DNA from: Dehalococcoidia bacterium
GTDB taxonomy: Bacteria > Chloroflexota > Dehalococcoidia > UBA2979
Direction of reading: 5' to 3'
Assembly: GCA_965262725.1 (NCBI GenBank)
Contig: OZ253555.1
Location: 1,888,001-1,952,000 of the forward strand
DNA: 64,000 nt
Shown here: one piece after another, positions 28,965 through 35,915 of the stretch
Numbering within the stretch: the first letter of the stretch is position 1
Layout: the number at the start of each line of letters is the position of its first letter
Translations under genes and position numbers: made by a program
Notes under the pieces: model-generated
Databases searched by the model: none
What the model saw: only the letters and a program-made list of their open reading frames with translations
What the model was told of the DNA's origin: nothing

Positions 28965-29747
28965 TCAGCTGGTTGGTGCACCTCCCTTCGTGGCGGCGGT
29001 GACCCGCAGGCGATAGGAGTCGCTGCCGGTCTCGATGATGTGGGCGCGGAAGGTGAGGCGGTCGACGACCGCGGCGGCGAGGCGCGCGTCGGTGAAGGTG
29101 CGGCCCCACTCCGAGAACGGCGCATTGGAGGCGACCGCCACCGAGGCCCGCTCCTCGCGCTCGGTCAGGATCTGGAAGAGCAACTCGGCGCCGCGCGGGT
29201 CGAGGTGGACGTAGCCGAACTCGTCGAGGCACAGCAGGTCGAGCCGCCCGTAGCGGGCGACCAGGCGCGAGAGCGTGCGCTCGTCGGCCGCCTCGGCCAG
29301 TTCGTTCACGAGCTGTGCCGCCGTCGTGTAGCGCACCCGCAGCCCGCGCTGGCAGGCGGCCATGCCGAGGCCGATCAGCAGATGCGACTTGCCGGTACCG
29401 CTGTCGCCGAGCAGCACGACGGGCTCGCCCTGGGCGATCCACTCGCCGCGTTCGAGTGTGGCGAGCAGCGCCGGGTCGACGCTGGGCGCCGCCGCCAGGT
29501 CGAAGTCGGCGAGGTACTTGAGGCGTGGGAAGCGCGCCTCGCGGATGCGGCGCTCGCGGCGGCGCTCGTCGCGGTCGTCGAGTTCGGCCTGGAGCACCTC
29601 GGCGAGGTAGCCGAGATGGCTGAGCCGCTCGCGCAGCGCGGCCTCGGCGAGCGCAGCGGCCTGCTGGCGCACAGTCGGGAGGTGCAGCTCCCGGCTGGTC
29701 GCCTCGACCGTCAGCGCCGCCGCCTGCTCGGTCACGGGCGCGCTCAT
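28965..29747 (-). CDS. istB: IS21 helper ATPase IstB
   Basis: GDSGTGKSH Walker A, LLCLDEFGY Walker B, SNAPFSEW, AAVVDRL. Confidence 0.95.
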   Translation of the reverse strand: MSAPVTEQAAALTVEATSRELHLPTVRQQAAALAEAALRERLSHLGYLAEVLQAELDDRDERRRERRIREARFPRLKYLADFDLAAAPSVDPALLATLERGEWIAQGEPVVLLGDSGTGKSHLLIGLGMAACQRGLRVRYTTAAQLVNELAEAADERTLSRLVARYGRLDLLCLDEFGYVHLDPRGAELLFQILTEREERASVAVASNAPFSEWGRTFTDARLAAAVVDRLTFRAHIIETGSDSYRLRVTAATKGGAPTS

Positions 29748-31273
29748 CGGGCGCTCCCGGCGAGCAGCGCGTCGTAGCCGGCCAGGGCCGGGGCCGGGCG
29801 GTCGAAGCGCCGCAGCGCCGGCCGCTCCACGACGGCGCGCTCGCGGCGGCCGTCGGCGATGCGGCGCGCCTCGATAGCCACCAGCGCCGGGTTCACCGAG
29901 CCCACGCGCTCCACCGCATCGAGCGCGGCGTGCACGGCCACGAAGGGCAGGTGGCGGTGCAGCAGCAGCACCTCGATCAGCGTCCGCGTCCCCTCGCGGT
30001 CACCGAGCTTGCGGCGGGTGCGCTTCCAGAAGCGTTCGTGCACGGCGGTGAAGCTCCCCGAGGCGCGCGCCTGCTCGAGCGCGACCGCGCCGGGCAGCGC
30101 GCCGGGCTTGCGTGATAGCACCTCGAGGAAGTGGTCGAGCACGAGGATCTCGGCCCCCCGGTGCGCGCTGCGCTCGTGGCGGGCGACCACCCGGCCCTCG
30201 GCGAGGGCGGTGACGGTCCCGCCGCCGAGGCGCACCTCCACCGTGCGGCCCGCGTAGGCCGCGGGCACCGAGTAGCGCGAGCCGCGCACCGCGATGCGCG
30301 CCTTGCGGTCGGCCTTCGCGCGCAGCGGGACCGTGGAGTCGAAGGCTTCGGCGGGAAGGGGCCGCAACATCGCACGCTCGGCCTCCGCCGCCTGCCCGAC
30401 GGTGGCGAGCCTGCCGGCGATGTGGCGCGCGTCGTCTGAGCGGTCGGCGGCCTCGAGCAGCGCATTCAACTCGGCCAGGCTCTCCACGCGCGGGACCGGC
30501 ACGAGGTGGCGGCGGCGGAAGCGGCCGACCTCGCCCTCCACGCCGCCCTTCTCATGCGCGCCCGCGCTGCCGGGCTCGCAGAAGAAGCTGTCGAAGCCGA
30601 AGTGCGAGCGCAGCGCGGCGAAGCGGTCGCTCTCGACGCGGTCGCGCCCGGCGAGGACGCGCACCACCGCCGCCTTGAGGTTGTCGTAGCGGACCCGCCG
30701 CGGCACGCCGCCGAGGCGCCCGAAGGCGAGCGTGTGGCCCTCGAGGAACGCCTCCTGGCCCTCGCCCGCGAAGCACACGTGGACCGCCCGCCCCGAGTGC
30801 GAGAGCCGCATCACGAACATCGGCAGCACGGTCTCGACGCCCGCCAGCCACACGCTGACCTCGCCGAAGTCCACCTCCGCCTCCTCGCCCGGGGGATGCA
30901 GCTGGGGGATCGTCACGACCTGGCGGCCGGACTCGAGCTCGCGCCGCAGGCGGGCGACGCAGGCGCGGACCGTCGCCTCGGCGACCGTCGCGCCGTACTC
31001 ATCGACGAGGCGCTCCCAGACCCGCCGCGCCGTGTGCCGCTGCTTGCGGGGCGCGCTCAGGTCGGCGACGAGCCACTCCCGGATGATCTCCACGTACGGA
31101 CCGAGCTTCGGCGCCGCTCGGGACGCCTGCTTGCGCTGCGGCGGCAGCGCCGACTGCAGCGCCTGCCGTACCGTGCGCCGATGCACGTGCTGGCGGCGCG
31201 CCAGCTCGCGTATGGCCAGCCCCTCCTCTCGCCGTGCCCGTCGGATATGCTCGAACAACTCCACCCTCGACAC
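29744..31273 (-). CDS. istA: IS21 transposase IstA
   Basis: KQRHTARR, PGEEAEVDFG, VRYDNLKAAV, HEKGGVEGEVG. Confidence 0.95.
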   Translation of the reverse strand: MSRVELFEHIRRARREEGLAIRELARRQHVHRRTVRQALQSALPPQRKQASRAAPKLGPYVEIIREWLVADLSAPRKQRHTARRVWERLVDEYGATVAEATVRACVARLRRELESGRQVVTIPQLHPPGEEAEVDFGEVSVWLAGVETVLPMFVMRLSHSGRAVHVCFAGEGQEAFLEGHTLAFGRLGGVPRRVRYDNLKAAVVRVLAGRDRVESDRFAALRSHFGFDSFFCEPGSAGAHEKGGVEGEVGRFRRRHLVPVPRVESLAELNALLEAADRSDDARHIAGRLATVGQAAEAERAMLRPLPAEAFDSTVPLRAKADRKARIAVRGSRYSVPAAYAGRTVEVRLGGGTVTALAEGRVVARHERSAHRGAEILVLDHFLEVLSRKPGALPGAVALEQARASGSFTAVHERFWKRTRRKLGDREGTRTLIEVLLLHRHLPFVAVHAALDAVERVGSVNPALVAIEARRIADGRRERAVVERPALRRFDRPAPALAGYDALLAGSAR

Positions 31274-31672
31274 ACTCCTCTTCTTTCGCTCGGGGGAGGT
31301 TTCAGTCGCCCGAGCGTAGCTGCTGGATGGGTCGGGGGTGGGGCCACTTCAGAGGATCAAAACGGCTCCAGGTGGGGCCAAATCAGAGTAGCGTTCCCAA
31401 ACGGCGCCGCGCCGGGTCCCGCGGTCAAGTCCAAGGTCCGCAGCCGGAAGCCAAAGCCCGCAGCCGCGTCCCTGTTCGATTGGGCGCTCGCCCTTGAGCA
31501 GGATCGGGAGGCGGAGCCGGTCGGCGGGGCGCTAGCCCCCCTGCACGTCCATGTGTGCGGCCCTTTTCTGTTGCCCATTTTCCGGTGGGGCATTGATTCC
31601 TCTTCTTCGTTCGCCCTCTTCTTCGTTCGCCCTCTTCTGCGTCAGATGGTCCCATCTGGGGAAGCGGCGGGC

Positions 31673-31810
31673 ATGGAAGCCAATAAGAGGAGACTCACTC
31701 TGGACCTGGCCTCCACCTTTCAACGTTGGCTGAAGGTCTGGCGGTCAAGGGCGTCAGCATGCGCCGGAGCGGTCAAACCGCCGTCGACCGGGAGGCCGAC
31801 GAAGGGAGAG
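31673..31810 (+). pseudogene. Possible degraded ribbon-helix-helix (antitoxin-like) gene
   Basis: MEANKRRLTLDLASTFQRWLKV, then out-of-frame AVKGVSMR; weak similarity judged by eye only. Confidence 0.3.
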
Positions 31811-31909
31811 GCTGATACCCCGTTGCTCGGCAGTGCCAACACGCGCCGGGAGCGCCTCCAAGACGATATGGACGATATGCCGTCCGCCCCCGGCTGAGGG
31901 CGCGTGGCT

Positions 31910-32494
31910 TTAGCAGAAGGGCATGTAGCCACTGCCAACCACAGACGAGGTCAACTGGTCTTCCAGGCTGCTTGGCGCGCACCCGCTCAACAAGTTTTCG
32001 CTGAGGTCCAGCACTTTTAGGTTGGAGAGGCTGCCCAGCTCCGCCGGTATCTCCCCGCTCAAGCTGTTCCAGCCGAGGTCCAACTCTACCAGGTTGGAGA
32101 GGCCGCCCAGCTCCGCCGGTATCTCCCCGCTCAAGTCGTTGCTCTTGAGGTCCAGCTCTGTCAGGCTAGAGAGGCTGCCCAGCTCCGGCGGTATCTCTCC
32201 GCTCAAGTCGTTGCTCTTGAGGTCCAGTATCTCCAGGTTGGAGAGGTTGCCCAGCTCCGCCGGTATCTCCCCGCTCAAGTCGTTGTCGCGGAGGTACAGT
32301 CCCTCCAGGTTGGAGAGGCTGCCCAGCTCCGGCGGTATCTCCCCGCTCAAGTCGTTGTCGCTGAGGCTCAGGCTCTTCAGGTTGGAGAGGCTGCCCAGCT
32401 CCGCCGGTATCTCCCCGCTCAAGTCGTTGTAGCTGAGGCTCAGGCTCTTCAGGTTGGAGAGGCTGCCCAGCTCCGCCGGTATCTCCCCGCTCAA
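31910..32494 (-). pseudogene. 3' part of a plant-type leucine-rich-repeat protein gene (7 x 24 aa), fused to an IS1380 remnant
   Basis: LSGEIP(A/P)ELGxLSNLxxLxLxxNx repeated 7 times (72-bp units), ending LSGCAPSSL...PFC. Confidence 0.88.
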
Positions 32495-33190
32495 AGCGGA
32501 CATCCAGCGCGCGGCAGGCGGCGACGACGGCGTGGGTGTAGAAGCCGCTGTCGGCGCGCATCGTGAGCTGCCCCGACGCCCTCGGCGGAGTCGCACCCGC
32601 GCCACCGTCTCACGCAGGAAGTGGGCGGCGCCGCGGCCGCTGTGCGCGCGGCCCTCGCGCAGCCGCGCCATCAGCACGTCGCCTGAGCCGGCCGCCACCA
32701 CGAGCAACGGGTGATAGCCGCGCGCGCCGCTGTAGCCGGGCTGGCGGGCGCCCTCCTTGGCGAGGCCGTAGGTCTCGCAGAGCGTCGAGTCGAGGTCGAT
32801 TGTGAGCGGCGCGTCGCCGGGTCCCGCTCCGGCCGCCCAGGCGCGGTCGAGCTGGCGGACGTGGCCCCAGCGGAAGCTGCGCAGGAAGGTCCCGAGGGTG
32901 GACGGCGCCTTCACGGTGCAGCCGAGCACGCGCCCGGCGCCGCCGGCGCGCAACGCATCGGCGTCGTCGATGCAGTCGCCGCCCGCGAGCGCCGAGGCGA
33001 CCAGGGTCAGCAGCTTGTCGCCGGCGTTCGCGCGCCCCGCCGCGTCACCGAGGTCGAGATGGCGCTCGGCGAGCTCGCGGAGGCCGAACCGGCCGGCGAG
33101 GGTGGCGGGGAGCAGCAGGCCCGCGTGGTCCACGAGGTGGTCGTCGTCGAAGGCGATGTCTATCCGGTCGGGGTCGCTCGTTGGTAGCAT
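32495..33190 (-). pseudogene. IS1380 transposase 5' half (frameshift ~32590, 3'-deleted)
   Basis: MLPTSDPDRIDIAFDDD..., LTIDLDSTLCETYG, GYHPLL; paralogue of 62403-63728. Confidence 0.9.
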
Positions 33191-33572
33191 CGAATGGGGT
33201 GCGCCAGGCTAACTGGTGCTTGGGCAGGAGGTGCAAGTCCTCTACGGCGAAGGAGCAAGCCACTCCACGCGGTTCCGCGAGCCGTGCGCGACTCGTCGCG
33301 AGGCGAGCCGTGAAGCGTCGGCAGCGGGGTAGGCGGGCGGAGCTATTGAGCATCGAAAGATGCATAATCCGGAGTGCCGAGGCTTTCCCATTGGTCGAAG
33401 GCAACACCGGCAACGGCGCTTCTGGCGAGCCGTCGTCGGGCTCTGCGGTGTCAAAGAACTCACGCACGTCTGCACGTCCAGCACCGGGACCTCATATGGA
33501 TGCCTCGGTTGTCAAGCCCCGTCCAGCGGTACTTGAACGTCCGGTCTGCTGCGGCGGCGGTCGCGCGAGGAT

Positions 33573-33819
33573 GACGACTCCGGGGTGGCGAAGGAGGGAT
33601 GAGCGGGAATTGTTCGACGTCTTGTCACTCTCATATTCGCGGGTTGCCAGTGGCAGAGCCGCATGACCCTTCTTCGTCAGGAGCAGGCGCATTCTGATAT
33701 CGCGGGTTGGCGACGCGAAGCGTCGTTGCCGCATGGTTCCGTCGCGCAGTCTCCGAAACGTAGTCCCGCTTATCCGTCCTTCACCGCCCCCGGAGTCGAG
33801 GTCCCCGCCCTCCGCGGCC
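33573..33819 (-). ncRNA. Bridge/seek-RNA-like module, distal copy
   Basis: 247 bp closed by a ~33-bp imperfect stem; donor-loop segments CTCATAT and GACCCT match the element's end junction AGGGTCTCATAT. Confidence 0.75.
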
Positions 33820-33950
33820 AGCTCCGCTGCATGCTCCTCACTCGCGGCGATGCCTGAGAGCCCCTGCTCCGTCGGGCGGATGTGCTCATCCGTCATCTCG
33901 ACCCTCTGCAGGTAGCTGCCGAAGGCCGCCTGGGCGCCCTTCTCCTGGAA

Positions 33951-34197
33951 GACGACTCCGGGGTGGCGAAGGAGGGATGAGCGGGAATCACTCGACGTTG
34001 TGTCACTCTTATAGTCGCGGGTTGCCAGTGGCAGAGCCGCATGACCTTTCTTCGTCGGGAGGGGGCGCCGTCTGGGAACGCGGGTTGGCGACGCTTCGCG
34101 TCGTTGCCGCATGGTCCCGTCGCGCGATCTCCAGAATGTGGTCCCGTTCATCCGTCCTTCACCGCCCCCGGAGTCGACGTCTCCGCCCTCCGCGGCC
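33951..34197 (-). ncRNA. Bridge/seek-RNA-like module, proximal copy
   Basis: 247-bp paralogue of 33573-33819; target-loop segments CTGGGA and GGTCCCG match the insertion site CGGGACCTGGGA. Confidence 0.75.
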
Positions 34198-34242
34198 GGT
34201 CTGTCCTCCTCTCCGTCCGCTCGCTGTTCGTGGCCAGCCGGC

Positions 34243-35355
34243 TCAGGCGGCCTGCTGCCGCTCTTCAGCGTGGGTGCGCAGCACCGCCCAGATGGCGGCG
34301 AGCAGCTCCCGCGCCACGGCCACGACGGCGACCTGCGACGGCTTGCCTCGCTCCTTGAGATGCCGGTAGCGCCGGGACATCCGGGAACCGGTCTTGTCGG
34401 CCATCGCGACCGCCCAGCCCGGCTGGCCCTGCCGCCGTCTGCGCAGCGGCGCCCCGACGCGGTACGGGCGGATGCTGTGCCAGCCCGCCTCGACCAGCAC
34501 GCGCCGGACGTGCTCGTTCCCCGTCTTGGTGATGCCGCCGCGCCGCGTCCTCGGGCCTGAGCTGTGCTCGCTCGCCACCAGCCCCACGTACGCTGCCAGC
34601 TGGTCGGGGCTTCCGAATCGCGTGATATCGCCGAGCTCGCCCAGGATCGTCATGGCGGTGACCGTGTCGATGCCGCGGAAGCAGCGGAGGAGTCCCGCCT
34701 CCGGCGCATACTCCTCACTCGCGACGATGTCTGAGAGCCTCTGCTCCATCAGGCGGATGTGTTCATCCGCCATCTCCACGCGCTGCAGGTAGCCGTCGAA
34801 TGCCGCCTGGTCGCCCAGCTCCTCGAAGGAGAGCGAGCGCAGCCAGCACCGGTGCTCTCGGGTCCACGTAGACTTACCATAATGGTGGCCCGAGCGCAGC
34901 AGGAACCCCGACAGTTGCACCTGGGCCGTCTTGCGGGCCGCAACGGCGTCCTCGCGCCCACGGGTGAGGTTGCGCACAGATTCCTGCCGCTCAGTCGGCT
35001 GGTGCACCTCGGTGAGCAGTCCCGCGCGCAAGAGATGCGCCAGGTTCCGCGCGTCGCGGCGGTCCGTCTTGACGCGGTCTCCCGGCTTTGTGGGGATCAG
35101 CGCCGGCGCGATGACGCGGCAGTCGATCCCCTTCGCATCGAGAGTGCGCTTCAGCCCGAACCCGGTCGGGCCCGCCTCGTAGCAACAGACCACGGAATCC
35201 CCGGCCTCGCGGCGCAGTCGCCGCGCCAGCGCCGCCACGGACGTCGGCTCGTTGGCGAGCTGCCACTCTTCGGGCTTCTTCTCCCCGTGCAGAACGGAGA
35301 CGTTGATCGTCCGCGCGTGCACGTCGAGGCCCACGTATAGCTTCGTCTGGTCCAT
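34243..35355 (-). CDS. IS110/IS1111 DEDD recombinase
   Basis: YVGLDVH, CYEAGPTG, VKTDRRDA, FRGIDTVTAM, YVGLVASEHSSG, GITKTGN. Confidence 0.95.
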   Translation of the reverse strand: MDQTKLYVGLDVHARTINVSVLHGEKKPEEWQLANEPTSVAALARRLRREAGDSVVCCYEAGPTGFGLKRTLDAKGIDCRVIAPALIPTKPGDRVKTDRRDARNLAHLLRAGLLTEVHQPTERQESVRNLTRGREDAVAARKTAQVQLSGFLLRSGHHYGKSTWTREHRCWLRSLSFEELGDQAAFDGYLQRVEMADEHIRLMEQRLSDIVASEEYAPEAGLLRCFRGIDTVTAMTILGELGDITRFGSPDQLAAYVGLVASEHSSGPRTRRGGITKTGNEHVRRVLVEAGWHSIRPYRVGAPLRRRRQGQPGWAVAMADKTGSRMSRRYRHLKERGKPSQVAVVAVARELLAAIWAVLRTHAEERQQAA

Positions 35356-35915
35356 CTGGTCTGCCCCCTACCCCTTCCATGTTCCGGTCCGGTTCCGCTC
35401 CGATGTTGCACTCGGAACAGAAACCGACACCGGTTCTCAAGGTGTCGAGGCATCCATAGGGTCTGGGAGGGCTCGGCCTTGTCCCTGCGTGTTGCCACGC
35501 CGGGACCGCAACGGAAAGGGCGATTCCGTAATCCGTTGACGCACGAGGTCGAGCAATCAGATCCGGCCATAGTAGTGATGAGGGCGGCGAACAAAGAGGA
35601 GTAGACACCCTCGGCGGAGTCGACGGAGCGAAGGGCCGGACCGGAGGGGAAGCTGGCGAAGCCCGGCACTGGCGGGACACTGCGCCCGCGTTTGGTGTCA
35701 CTCGGGCCACCCGGCTACGGCACCTCTTGGGTGCCGTCTGACCTGACGGAGGAGCCGTATGCGTTAACGCGCACGTACGGATCTGTCCGGGGGGCGGCCG
35801 GCAACGGCCGTCCCTACCGGAATTGCTCCCTGTGGCTGTGACGTGATTCGTTCAAAAACCATTGTCCCAGCTACAGCGGAGCACCCAACCGCAGACGCTC
35901 GCGCACTCTTCTTCG

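Larger units (their letters stand above)
28901..31399 (-). mobile_element. Complete IS21-family element, 6-bp target duplication AACGGC
   Basis: TG...CA ends; IRs TGGGAATGACAACTCCATTTGGCCCCACC / GGTGGGGCCAAATCAGAGTAGCGTTCCCA; internal GGCCCCACC repeats; AACGGC at 28895-900 and 31400-05. Confidence 0.95.
26049..31423 (-). mobile_element. 5'-truncated IS1380 copy interrupted by IS110 and IS21
   Basis: Transposase pieces 26167-26551, 28364-28900 and 31400-31423 are collinear with the intact copy at 62403-63728; right end ATCTCAAATCCACCGATCGAAG at 26049. Confidence 0.88.
33493..35464 (-). mobile_element. IS1111-group (IS110 family) element
   Basis: Perfect 13-bp sub-terminal IRs TATGGATGCCTCG (33495) / CGAGGCATCCATA (35446); CT core at 33491-92 and 35463-64; long non-coding region 3' of the transposase. 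Confidence 0.92.
33199..35823 (+). ncRNA. ORF-less group II intron (intron B, ~653 nt: 33199-33492 + 35465-35823), interrupted by IS1111
   Basis: 5' GTGCG; domain V GAGCCGTATGCG...CGCACGTACGGATC at ~35752; domain VI ...CCCTACCGGAAT end; EBS1 CCCATT (33387) pairs with the 5' exon AATGGG. Confidence 0.88.

Noticed and set aside
28360-29442. 360-aa ORF with an IS1380-like C-terminus
   Set aside because: Chance read-through from an alternative frame of istB across the IS21 end into the interrupted IS1380.
30506-31897. 463-aa + strand ORF
   Set aside because: Mostly antisense to istA, then runs through unrelated remnants.
33492-34151. 219-aa ORF downstream of the IS1111 transposase
   Set aside because: It reads through two structured non-coding modules; only the central ~43 aa are a transposase relic.
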